Source: a virus. Taken from it: DNA of 64,000 nucleotides. Shown here piece by piece: positions 1 through 10,063 of this stretch. Within the stretch, counting starts at the first letter, position 1; each line of letters opens with the position of its first letter. The notes under the pieces are model-generated. The model was not told the origin of the DNA, ran no database searches, and saw nothing but the letters and a program-made list of their open reading frames with translations. A program made the translations under genes and the position numbers. Location: positions 30,124 through 94,123 of the IMG/VR virus record IMGVR_UViG_3300027706_000007. One strand, given 5' to 3'.

Positions 1-340
1 TACTTCCACAGACGGTCTAGAAAGTGTTAAGCGATTTCTCCGACAATCCGACGTTGCTCTGGTAACATTTCTTGGTGGCGTAGTAACACTAGTAGTTCTA
101 GTTATGCGGCTGTTCGGAACAGTGGTACCATCTCTGAGCTTATCTATAGCATTTCCTGCATTGGCAACGACAGTTGTATGGCTTATAATCAGTGCCGTTG
201 TAGCATTTTATGCAGCAATTTCAAAGTAAGAAACACAATAATAAAATATTCACCAAATGTTTTTTATTTTTTAAAAGCTTTACTGTAAAGTTTAATAGAG
301 AAAAGGTTTAAATATAACAAAATAAAAAATAAAAATTGAT

Positions 341-559
341 ATGTCGTCTGTAAGTCTTTCGATTATATCGTATGCGCCAATACCCGGAGTTAGGATATTT
401 TACTGGGCGAATCACACTGGTTCGCTTGGTGTACTTTCTACCGGCACGGTTACTGAAAACTGGGCCAACTCCAACACGCCAACCTATACCGAATCCCATA
501 GCGGTACTGTAACAGCGTTTGGGTCGGGTGGGTCAGGGCAGGTTCTCTGGACATCCTAA
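341..559 (+). CDS. Small Ser/Thr/Gly-rich protein, possibly virion-associated
   Basis: 72-aa ORF with a TTTAAATA box upstream; beta-rich composition like the tail proteins. Confidence 0.5.
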   Translation: MSSVSLSIISYAPIPGVRIFYWANHTGSLGVLSTGTVTENWANSNTPTYTESHSGTVTAFGSGGSGQVLWTS

Positions 560-606
560 GCGCTACAAAATATTTAAATAAAACGTTTTTATATTTCCTT
601 TTACGT

Positions 607-3081
607 ATGTCTAATAATCAGTCTCCTTATCCGTACGCACAAGTTCTTGAAGTAAATCAACCTTCTGGGTCACTTCCCCCTGAACAGCAACCACCTCAAA
701 AAGAACCTCCCACAAGAGAGCCGTCTCCTGAACTGCCGCCAAAAGAGCCGCCAGAAAAAGAACCCGAACCAGAAAAATCGTCATCATCGTTTGAGGTTCC
801 GCGGAAAATAAGAATACCCGATAGGTTAGCGAATGATGTAAAAATTTTGGCGGAATATGCAATTAAGACTGATGGAGAAGCGGGAGGTTTCTTGGTAATT
901 GGATTGCATGGAAATGTCGGGGTTATCTCAGAACAATTGGGAGAAAACCGCGAGATTGTGCTAAAACCGAATGAAAAATTACATGAGGGAGAATTATATA
1001 TAGGAACTGTTCACTCACACCCTGTATGCGTAATAGGAGATTTTGTTTTGATAGAAACGGAACGAGGTCGTATTCCTATAAAGGATGTAAGAGTAGGAGA
1101 TTCGGTATTATCATATGGTGGTGTTTATCGCAAAGTAATCGACAAGATAACTTTCCCATACAGAGGAAAACAAACAACTGTGACAATTGATTTAAGAAAG
1201 CCGAAGGAACATAAGTTTCAAAAACTTACGACAACTTTCAACCACCCATATAGGATTTTTAGAGAAGGAAAAGAGCTTTGGGTACTTGCTGAAGAACTTA
1301 GAATAGGAGACGAAATATTTGTCCCGGAATATCTACTCAATTTCTGTCTAGTTTGTAAAAAACCGATAAATAACATCAGCCAATATTGTTCTAGAAAATG
1401 CCGTTTTATTCACAATTATAATCCAAAAAATCCAAGCGAAAAATGCTTTTATTGTGGAAAACAAATCTCTGGTCGCTATCCATATAATAAAAAGTATTGT
1501 TCTTTGAGTTGCCACATGAAAGATGCTCATCAAAAAGGACTAGTTCCTATTCACAAGTTTGACAATTTTAATCCAGAATTCCAAAGAAAAGCCAAATTAG
1601 CAAGATTCAAAACAGCAAAGGGAGGAAGTCGTTGGGAGCGCGTTGTTTTTGATTATTTAAAAAAGATGGGCGTGACTGGACTTGAGAAACAATATCCTGT
1701 TCAAATTGGAACGTATACTACCTATGCTGGAAAACGAACTATACCTAGATTCATTTTTATGGATATTGCTATTCCAGAACGAAAGATTGACATTGAGATA
1801 GACGGCGAATTATGGCACAGAATGAGAAAAGAAGAAGATGAACAACGAGATAAGAAGCTCGAAGAAATGGGCTGGACAGTTATTCGAATTCCTGCTCGTC
1901 AAGTAGCTTCTAACGCATTTAGTGAAATTCTTGCTCCCTTATTTAACATCCCTCTTCTTGCAGACCCCCCAATTAATTTTGTTAAAATACCCATATTGAA
2001 AGTTGAAACTAAGACAGCTTCTCATGCACATGCTATAGGATTAACAATAGAAGGAAATAACTATGATGAAAATTCGGTAGTAACTAACGGAATTCTAACT
2101 CATAACACAGATTTACAATCGACTGGCGACGTTATTAGTTTTCTCGCGGATGAAAAAGAGAAAGTAATGCTCGTTACGGGCGCGGATAGTTCAATTAATA
2201 TTTCATTCAAAACACAATTTACAAAAGAAGGCGATTTCTCACGAGATATACGCGAGCATTTCAAACAAAAAGATATGTTAGAAATGTCGAAAATATATGG
2301 ATTTTTGTGGTATCGCGGAGAAAATTTCTCAACCGAATTGGAATTACAAACAAAAGAACTTGGCGAGTTAAAGTTGCAACCCATAGAAGAAACGTGGAAT
2401 ATAGAAGATTTGCTAGAAGCGCTCGATATTAAAGGCTCGCCCGAGTTGCCAAATGATTATTCAACAAAGAAGTATCCGAAGAAATCTAAGCAAGATGAAT
2501 CGCGTGGAATGACTCAACTCGAATTAAAACATTATATGGATAACTCATTTAAATTGCTCTCGGATATTGAAGAAGGTTACGCTAGCGCGGGAGGATTTAG
2601 TAGAGATATGGCTACGCGGATAGCTAACACATTTCCTAAGTGGATAAATTCTCTCAATCGTGTTCTAGAAGGCGTTGATGACCCCGAGTTATATAAGCGC
2701 GCGATAGAATTACTAGACCGAATACAAAATGTTTATGGGCTTGCGGTCGATACGCTTGGTGGAAAAACGATGGTCGAAGATTATAGCGATGTCGCGGAAA
2801 ATTTGTTAACCAGATTACGTCCTAAACTTCAAAAACTATTTAATGAGCTAAATTATCTAGAGTCTATATACTCAAAACAGGGCTATTTCGATTCTAAAGA
2901 GTTAAACTACATTCTGTCCGATTTTCCCGAAATGGTGGAGTTAATTAATAAATTGAATTTCGAGAAAATAGATAACGCGACCGCTTCAAAACTTTTTGAA
3001 GCAGTTGAACGCGCGTCAAGTCTTTATAATTTAGCACTGGCTCAAACACAAGAACGTGACCCATTAGTCGAAGAGAAATAA
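607..3081 (+). CDS. JAB/MPN (JAMM) metallopeptidase-domain protein with Pro-rich N-terminus and helical C-terminus, containing an intein
   Basis: EAGGFLV followed by IGTVHSHPV|intein|TDLQSTGDV. Splicing restores an HxH...SxxD JAMM-like motif. Confidence 0.8.
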   Translation: MSNNQSPYPYAQVLEVNQPSGSLPPEQQPPQKEPPTREPSPELPPKEPPEKEPEPEKSSSSFEVPRKIRIPDRLANDVKILAEYAIKTDGEAGGFLVIGLHGNVGVISEQLGENREIVLKPNEKLHEGELYIGTVHSHPVCVIGDFVLIETERGRIPIKDVRVGDSVLSYGGVYRKVIDKITFPYRGKQTTVTIDLRKPKEHKFQKLTTTFNHPYRIFREGKELWVLAEELRIGDEIFVPEYLLNFCLVCKKPINNISQYCSRKCRFIHNYNPKNPSEKCFYCGKQISGRYPYNKKYCSLSCHMKDAHQKGLVPIHKFDNFNPEFQRKAKLARFKTAKGGSRWERVVFDYLKKMGVTGLEKQYPVQIGTYTTYAGKRTIPRFIFMDIAIPERKIDIEIDGELWHRMRKEEDEQRDKKLEEMGWTVIRIPARQVASNAFSEILAPLFNIPLLADPPINFVKIPILKVETKTASHAHAIGLTIEGNNYDENSVVTNGILTHNTDLQSTGDVISFLADEKEKVMLVTGADSSINISFKTQFTKEGDFSRDIREHFKQKDMLEMSKIYGFLWYRGENFSTELELQTKELGELKLQPIEETWNIEDLLEALDIKGSPELPNDYSTKKYPKKSKQDESRGMTQLELKHYMDNSFKLLSDIEEGYASAGGFSRDMATRIANTFPKWINSLNRVLEGVDDPELYKRAIELLDRIQNVYGLAVDTLGGKTMVEDYSDVAENLLTRLRPKLQKLFNELNYLESIYSKQGYFDSKELNYILSDFPEMVELINKLNFEKIDNATASKLFEAVERASSLYNLALAQTQERDPLVEEK
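1027..2106 (+). mobile_element. 360-aa intein with Cys-rich zinc fingers and a DUF559/Vsr-like homing endonuclease
   Basis: Starts CVIGDFVLIETERGRIPIKDVRVGD (block A), has TTFNHPY (block B) and ends GILTHN followed by Thr+1. Internal motifs SRWE, MDIAIPERKIDIEIDGELWH and DEQRDKKLEEMGWTVIRI, plus two CxxC...YCSxxC motifs. Confidence 0.93.
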
Positions 3082-3129
3082 CCGCGCAAACGAAATATTT
3101 ATAATGTTAAAGTCTATTAGTATATTTAA

Positions 3130-3621
3130 TTGAGCGCGAGCGGAGAAGTTTCTTTATCAACGACAGCTTCAATAGGTGGTACCTATTATCTAAATACAGA
3201 AAGTTCCGTATCTTTAACCGCGTCAATTATAGGTCAAAATCCGCCCGGGCAAATTCAAATAAATAACATATCTTTTAACGTAAAATCATTTCAAATTTCT
3301 AAAGCCGCGAAATATAGAATTTATAGATTGCCTGCGTATGGGTATAGTACCCCATCCGGATTCACGTATGCAAAATCGTATTCAGATTCAATACTTATGC
3401 TCGGAGCATCCAATCGCGTATTTACTTTAACATTTGAAATTATTTCTTCCGCGCAATTAGAAAGTCTTCTTCAGCAATTTCAAGCTCCCAGTTTGCAGTT
3501 ATCAGAAGTGGACGGTACATTACATTTAGTCGCAGTTAAAGATATACAATCAATAACATTCACGGGTGGACTCGTGCAAATATACGAGGTTCAAGTCGAA
3601 TTTGTTGAATTAAACGCGTAG
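3130..3621 (+). CDS. Distal-tail/gpU-like tail protein
   Basis: TTG start. Pattern 'ILMLGASNRVFTLTF...LESL...IYEVQVEFVE' is typical of the Dit/gpU fold; adjacent to the fibre gene. Confidence 0.55.
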   Translation: MSASGEVSLSTTASIGGTYYLNTESSVSLTASIIGQNPPGQIQINNISFNVKSFQISKAAKYRIYRLPAYGYSTPSGFTYAKSYSDSILMLGASNRVFTLTFEIISSAQLESLLQQFQAPSLQLSEVDGTLHLVAVKDIQSITFTGGLVQIYEVQVEFVELNA

Positions 3622-3676
3622 ATGTGCACGCTAATAAAGAAATGTTTTTATACTTTAAATGCGCGATTAAAAACAA

Positions 3677-6600
3677 TTGAGCCAAATCGTAAGCAGCCAA
3701 ACAGCAGGTATCTACCAGCAAAATGGACAGGATGAACAGGTTCTAACTGGTAGCAGCCCCGGATTATCAATAAATAATATTGCATTTAATAAACCAGTAC
3801 AAGCAGGAAGTTTACTTGTGGTAGCTGTAACTGCTACATTACCTTTCGGAGGATTTCAAAATTACGCTTCTTCTATAACTGATGCACTCGGTCTCTCTTG
3901 GTTTACAACCGAAGAGAGAACTAATAATACAGTCGCTAGTATATATTATGCATGGGCATCAGTTGGAGGTAACGAATCTATGACAGTTGGATACAGCACA
4001 AATAACTCGGGTTATACGGCTTATGTTAGTTGGGAAGTTTATGAAATTCGTGGCGCATTAAATTATAATACAATAGGACAAACAGGTAATGGAACCTCGC
4101 CACCGGCTGGTGTTGCGCAGGTTATTAATTATAATATAGGAGGTCTCTTAATATCTGCTACTGGATTATACGAACTCGGGGGTTTACCTACCCCAACTTT
4201 AGGTTTTACCACTGATAGAGTTGTTTCTTCATATAGTCTTATTCAACATAATATACCTTCTTTAAATGGTTCAACGCAATGTCTAGTTAATTTCCCTTCT
4301 TCTAGTACGCAATATTGGGCTAGTGCGGCAGTATTCTTCCCCGCAGGTATTCTACCGGTTTCTTCTCCAAATAATGTAGATTATACAAATCAAGTAGAGT
4401 TATTTAGTGATTTCACGATTCCTTCTAATGTTCTTAAAACAAATATTATAAACGGTCAACCAGATGATATGTATCTCTTTGCGGGTTGCTATACTTATCC
4501 GACACTAGTAAATGCCACAACAGCAAGTGACCAAGCTTCAGCATCAACCACATTATCTATATTATTACAACAGACTACAGAACCGTGTGTAATAATTGCA
4601 TGTGCGGTTACTAATGGTAGCGGAGTTTTTTTGAGTAGTACTTCGCTCGTATGGCAACAGCGTTTTGCAGATTCTACAACGGGTTTATATGAATGGTACG
4701 CTATCGCCGATTCTCCACTATCTAATGAGATTATCACATTGACAACATCAAATGTATCTGATTCCTATTTACAAGCTATTGCATTATATGGTGTTACTTC
4801 CGAATTCACACTATCTACTCCCGTCGAAACGACCTTAACTAGTGCAAGCAGCACTTTGAATTATTCTTCATCGGGAAATGGAATGACAGTAATTTTTGTG
4901 TTTGATAGCGATACAAATGCGGGTATTTATGCGCCCGTAAATTACGGATATGTTACAGTTGCTGGTAGTTATGTAAATCCATATTCTCAATTACGTTCAT
5001 ACATTGCTGCTACTGGCCCCGGTAATAATATTCAAGTACCCTTCTCTTTTTCAGGACAACAACTTTATGGTGTTCCAGCTTTAATAGATGGAATATTTAT
5101 CGCTTCTCCATTTTTACAGATATCAGATACGTCGAATCAGACATGGAATGTCCGACTTGCAAAATTGGCTCCATTACCAGACGCGAGCGAAACTAATTAT
5201 ACTCAGGCAGGTGATGGTTTGATGTTTTTTGAAATTTATACAATATTAACTTCAAATATTGTTCATAGTACTGTTACTTTATCTTTACCCCACTTTAATC
5301 TTCATGGTTCCGGTTATAGTGAAGTATACGTATGGAGATTGCGTGGCGTTAATATTAGTAATCCTTTTGATACAGATGCATCTCTAACTCAAATACAAGA
5401 TTTGGGTGCAGTTCAGCCAACAATTACTTTTAGTACTATAAATTCTAATACTTTCGTTTTTCCTATATTTTTCAATGAACATCATAACGACCTTTTTGAA
5501 TCTGTATCTTCTTCATCTTCTAATCCATTTTATACTATTATTGGAGATTTTTCTATGGGCGGATATACATTATTTTCTTCTTCTCAAAATAATGTAACAT
5601 TTACAGCGAATGTTTCATCTATAGATTCCAGCTATCGTACTTTCATCGATGCCGTTGTTGGGAATGGCAATTTATCAGTGATTTCCGAAGGTTTTACCCA
5701 AATAAATAATGGAAATCCAATACCTTATTATATCACAATGCCTTTAACGACACAGCATTCTAATGAAGGCGTTGTTTTAGTAGCGTTAGCACAAGCCGAT
5801 ACGACTCCCACACAATTTTATGTACCACCGCCCCATTTAATAGTTGATACACTAAATACAAACTGGAATATAAGATTTGAAAAAACATCCCCGTTTTTCT
5901 TAAAAGAATTATGGACATATTCAACATCCATAATAACTAATGATATAATATCGTTTTATATTGAACCTAATGCTAGTTATATAGCTTTAGCAGCTATGAC
6001 ATGTATTAATACGCCTCCGACAGTTTTTGATAGTTCTTTTTCCAATCCTAATCTTACAACTACTATCAATTCGCAACTCGCTTATAGTGGAGTGCCTGTA
6101 TCATGTATAAAACCTCCTGCTACAGTGTTTTTATTAAGTCCTATTGGAGTTGATGGGGGATTTGACCCAAATGCGACTTATTTTCCTAATACACCTCCTT
6201 TCTCAAGTGGCGGAGCATATTATATTGTTAATAGCGCATTTGAAAATGTGCCAATCGGGGGCGTAACATCGTTTTCAGATATATATTTTATCTTTAGCGA
6301 CGTAATCTCCAATAATTATCCTCAAGTATCCGCGACCGGATTTCAGGTTGGCACTGACACAACAATGTTAGTTGTTCCTCAACAGCATAGTAATAGTTTT
6401 AATTTGTATGTATCAGGTATAGAAGGATTTGACCAGCCAGTTTCTATCGCGTATGAAATTGTGCCAATAGCAGGAACTACAGCGCCATGGCAGGGGTCGA
6501 TAACTTTTTCACCTTATCCGCCTTTACCTGCACCATATTATACAACAGTAACGGTAAACGCGGGTAATACTCCTCCCACAATTACTTCCGCGCAGGTTAA

Positions 6601-9600
6601 TCCAAATCCGCTCACACAGGGAGCGAATACGCTCGTTCCCGCGTCATATCAGATTAACTTTTATGGATATTATTTAAATGGTAATGTAATTGAAACGTCG
6701 GCAACACCAACTGTAGTTTCTGTAGTTGTTCAGCAAGCACTTCAATATTCAATCGGGATTTCGCTTGAAAGCGAGACCGGAGTAACCTTATCACCACAAT
6801 CTTATTCGATTACGGATGCTTCATATTATGAACCAGCAAACATGCTTTATCTATGGTCTGCTAAAATTCCTTTACCATATCAAAAGAACATATGGTACAC
6901 AAACGACGGTTTATGGTGGCTGTTCTTTTTAGATGGTGTGAACGCAACTCTATCATATGCAACTAGCCCCGACGGGCAAACATGGACAGTTAACAATAGC
7001 GCGCCTCTAGGATACAATGGAAATTCTGCCATGATAAATAGTACAAGCGCATCACGGGGTGGAAACGCATCACTTTTCTCTATATCCTATGACCCAATAA
7101 ATAATCTATTTTATTACGCGTGGGTAGATAACGCAACCCCGACACTCATTAACGTTGGTTCATTTAACCCAGATGCATTCGGAAACGCGAACAACATAAC
7201 GCTGCTAACCGCGCAGAGTTCGCCCTCATCTGAAATGATACAGCTTGCAACGAACGCATCAAATATATATATCGATTCAGATTCTGCTGGAGACGTATAT
7301 GTTGGCGCACGTTGTTCGGGCAGTAACACACAAGTATTTTATTCCGCACTCCCCATTAGTCCGAATGTTCCTCCGCGAACATGGTCACAAATAACGGGTA
7401 TAGCGAAAGTAACGGATGGAAACTATTTTATCGCGCTTAAACATTTAACGGATGCAAACGGAAATGGACATGAAATGGCTATCACTGGAACTGGAACGGG
7501 GCCGATTAATATAGTTGATATATCCGGCACTTTAACTCCAGTTTCCACGATAAATAACTATGAAATAAATCAGGGCGGAATAGCCGCGTTAACTAAGGAT
7601 AGCGCTAATACAATATACTTTGCCATGCCTGAATATATTCAGCAAGTATCATCATCTACTACGTTTCCAATGTCGATTGGTTCTTCCAGTAATGAATACT
7701 GGGCTGAAGTAGGTGCCGTATTCAATGGCGTTGCAACTCTATATAATGTCTATACTTCATCTAGTAGCTCTAACTTAACTTCTGCGATATCTGTGACTCA
7801 GGGACGGACATATATTTGTGCAGCTACACAGAGTGTAGGGTCATCTAATACGAGTATGACAATATCGGATTCTTTAGGAAATACATGGACTTTAGTGGGA
7901 AGTATAATAGATACTAGTTCTGGTCAATACGAAGGCGCGGCTATTTGGTATATGATAGCAGCAAATACAGGAATTGATACCGTAACTGTAACTACGATAG
8001 GAACTAGAAATAGCATGGCTATATATGAAGTGAGCGGTGTCAATTATACAAGTGAAAGTCAAGCAACAGGAAATGGAACTTCTATTTCCGTATCAAATCA
8101 ATCTTATAGCTCAGGCGCATTCTTAGTCGCAGCCACCGGTCTATATTCGAGTGGTAGTACTCAAAATGGTACACCTAACTTTACTATCGATATTAATAAT
8201 ATGAGCTATTCTATAATTGAACATTTTGCTTCTTCTACTATTACCAATAATTGTACATACTTCACATATTCAGTTAATACAAATGAGATTTCTCCCGAAA
8301 CTATATTAAATACTAGTGCGTTAGCATCGCCTACTATCGCGCTCGCGTCTATAGCTTATGATGGCGCACAAACGTTAGCTATTACCGCGCTCAGTGTAAG
8401 TGGAACAGATGAATATATTTCCGTTAGTACTGACGGGGGTACAACGTGGAGCAGTTTCTATCCATTTGACACGGATGAAGCTATTGTCACACCCGCGCTT
8501 GATGTAAATAATGGCGCAGGAAACGGATTTAATTTCGCTTTTGTTATGTCGCAACTAGAAAATTCGCGCGGGCCATGGTTCGGGCAAAATATTCTAAGTT
8601 TTGCATCTCCAACTACTACGTTGGATAATTTGGCTCCTTTCATTCCGATTCGCGGGCCTACCATATATTGGGCTAGCACAGGTTATCAGTTCGTGGGAAC
8701 ACAAGCCTCAACGTCCTTAAACCAGCCTACGACTATAACTGCTAATCTATTGGGAGCATATCCAAACGGTGTGAGTCCTTCTAAATTATTTGGCGATACA
8801 ATTGAAGCCAGTCAGCCCATAACGATAGCAGCGCATACTGGAACGGCCACATTACCTTCGGGTAAAACTACGACTGTAACTATTTCTGCATCCTCTTTAC
8901 AATCTAATTCGATGGTAGTTGTTATATTTGGCGCGGATGGAACGCCCGGAACTGTTTCTATTAATGATGCGACATTTAACTCTCGCTTTTCTGACACTCA
9001 ATTAAATCTATATTCATGGTATAAATCAATTACGGCTTCGAGCTATGCAAACACGATTACAATTACCACAACAAATGCAGTCGCAACTGCATTAGAAGTT
9101 TTTATCTTAACAACCAACGGTATTATACAATATCCAGCATCTTCATCGGGGATTAGTTTGCAAAATGCTCCATCGTCATATACTATCTCTGTCGAAGAGC
9201 AAATATTGCCTTCATTCAGCGCAACTTTGAGCGGATTAACATTATCTCCGCTCATTGTAAATAATACAATAATACCTTCATGGCAATTACATATGACCGA
9301 AACTGACTTTAATATACCTGTAAATGTACTAGTTCGAACAAATATAATAGATATTTCACAAGTTCCTGATTCGCTTCCTGAAAATGCCCCAGTAAATTCG
9401 ATTCAATTACAACCCGGAGCATTAGCCGCGCTTTTAGTAAAAATATATCCTATTGATGATATAATCATATCAATGCCTCCACTACCTAACGACCCCATCT
9501 TTATTCAATTAGTGCCTGTCTTAAATGCACAATTAACAACATCTTTAGCAGATAAAATAATAATAAAAGAAAATACAGTTTCTCGCGATAGCCCATTTGT

Positions 9601-10063
9601 AACAACTTTATCCGTTAGTGCTATCCACCAGACAACTCAGGTACCGTATGCTACTCCCGTTGGACAGTATTTCTTAATGATAATTGCACAAGATGCTCAA
9701 CAGCTTAATTCTGCACAAACCGGACAGCAGGGTGGATATGGTGAATCGATGTTAGCTGTTTCTGTAGTAGATATAGCTTCAATTGTGATTTCACCTACTT
9801 CTGTAGCAAGCGGAACTGCGACAATATCAGTAAGTGGTGCAGGTTTTACACCAAGCAGTTCTATTTCTATCACATTATCTGAACCCAATGGTACAATCAT
9901 TTCTCCAAATAACCCACCAACAGTCACAACCGATACGCTAGGTTCATTTCCTGCAACATCATATAGCTTTTCTATACCAGTTTTCAGCCAATCTACTACT
10001 TTAATAGTTAATGCGAAAGATTCGGCTAATAAAATAGCTAATGCAACTCTTATCGTGACTTAA
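3677..10063 (+). CDS. Large tail fibre / adhesin (2128 aa)
   Basis: S/T/N-rich beta composition, Asp-box-like motifs (YATSPDGQTW, VSTDGGTTW), repeated internal modules and an Ig-like C-terminus; lies in the tail module. Confidence 0.75.
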   Translation: MSQIVSSQTAGIYQQNGQDEQVLTGSSPGLSINNIAFNKPVQAGSLLVVAVTATLPFGGFQNYASSITDALGLSWFTTEERTNNTVASIYYAWASVGGNESMTVGYSTNNSGYTAYVSWEVYEIRGALNYNTIGQTGNGTSPPAGVAQVINYNIGGLLISATGLYELGGLPTPTLGFTTDRVVSSYSLIQHNIPSLNGSTQCLVNFPSSSTQYWASAAVFFPAGILPVSSPNNVDYTNQVELFSDFTIPSNVLKTNIINGQPDDMYLFAGCYTYPTLVNATTASDQASASTTLSILLQQTTEPCVIIACAVTNGSGVFLSSTSLVWQQRFADSTTGLYEWYAIADSPLSNEIITLTTSNVSDSYLQAIALYGVTSEFTLSTPVETTLTSASSTLNYSSSGNGMTVIFVFDSDTNAGIYAPVNYGYVTVAGSYVNPYSQLRSYIAATGPGNNIQVPFSFSGQQLYGVPALIDGIFIASPFLQISDTSNQTWNVRLAKLAPLPDASETNYTQAGDGLMFFEIYTILTSNIVHSTVTLSLPHFNLHGSGYSEVYVWRLRGVNISNPFDTDASLTQIQDLGAVQPTITFSTINSNTFVFPIFFNEHHNDLFESVSSSSSNPFYTIIGDFSMGGYTLFSSSQNNVTFTANVSSIDSSYRTFIDAVVGNGNLSVISEGFTQINNGNPIPYYITMPLTTQHSNEGVVLVALAQADTTPTQFYVPPPHLIVDTLNTNWNIRFEKTSPFFLKELWTYSTSIITNDIISFYIEPNASYIALAAMTCINTPPTVFDSSFSNPNLTTTINSQLAYSGVPVSCIKPPATVFLLSPIGVDGGFDPNATYFPNTPPFSSGGAYYIVNSAFENVPIGGVTSFSDIYFIFSDVISNNYPQVSATGFQVGTDTTMLVVPQQHSNSFNLYVSGIEGFDQPVSIAYEIVPIAGTTAPWQGSITFSPYPPLPAPYYTTVTVNAGNTPPTITSAQVNPNPLTQGANTLVPASYQINFYGYYLNGNVIETSATPTVVSVVVQQALQYSIGISLESETGVTLSPQSYSITDASYYEPANMLYLWSAKIPLPYQKNIWYTNDGLWWLFFLDGVNATLSYATSPDGQTWTVNNSAPLGYNGNSAMINSTSASRGGNASLFSISYDPINNLFYYAWVDNATPTLINVGSFNPDAFGNANNITLLTAQSSPSSEMIQLATNASNIYIDSDSAGDVYVGARCSGSNTQVFYSALPISPNVPPRTWSQITGIAKVTDGNYFIALKHLTDANGNGHEMAITGTGTGPINIVDISGTLTPVSTINNYEINQGGIAALTKDSANTIYFAMPEYIQQVSSSTTFPMSIGSSSNEYWAEVGAVFNGVATLYNVYTSSSSSNLTSAISVTQGRTYICAATQSVGSSNTSMTISDSLGNTWTLVGSIIDTSSGQYEGAAIWYMIAANTGIDTVTVTTIGTRNSMAIYEVSGVNYTSESQATGNGTSISVSNQSYSSGAFLVAATGLYSSGSTQNGTPNFTIDINNMSYSIIEHFASSTITNNCTYFTYSVNTNEISPETILNTSALASPTIALASIAYDGAQTLAITALSVSGTDEYISVSTDGGTTWSSFYPFDTDEAIVTPALDVNNGAGNGFNFAFVMSQLENSRGPWFGQNILSFASPTTTLDNLAPFIPIRGPTIYWASTGYQFVGTQASTSLNQPTTITANLLGAYPNGVSPSKLFGDTIEASQPITIAAHTGTATLPSGKTTTVTISASSLQSNSMVVVIFGADGTPGTVSINDATFNSRFSDTQLNLYSWYKSITASSYANTITITTTNAVATALEVFILTTNGIIQYPASSSGISLQNAPSSYTISVEEQILPSFSATLSGLTLSPLIVNNTIIPSWQLHMTETDFNIPVNVLVRTNIIDISQVPDSLPENAPVNSIQLQPGALAALLVKIYPIDDIIISMPPLPNDPIFIQLVPVLNAQLTTSLADKIIIKENTVSRDSPFVTTLSVSAIHQTTQVPYATPVGQYFLMIIAQDAQQLNSAQTGQQGGYGESMLAVSVVDIASIVISPTSVASGTATISVSGAGFTPSSSISITLSEPNGTIISPNNPPTVTTDTLGSFPATSYSFSIPVFSQSTTLIVNAKDSANKIANATLIVT

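Noticed and set aside
1-229. Possible 3' end of a membrane-protein gene at the window start
   Set aside because: The hydrophobic stretches fall in different frames and the gene cannot be delimited from this window.
4495-9927. Short antisense ORFs inside the fibre gene, and similar ones inside PolB, MCM and the capsid gene
   Set aside because: Shadow frames with no promoter, RBS or recognisable motif.
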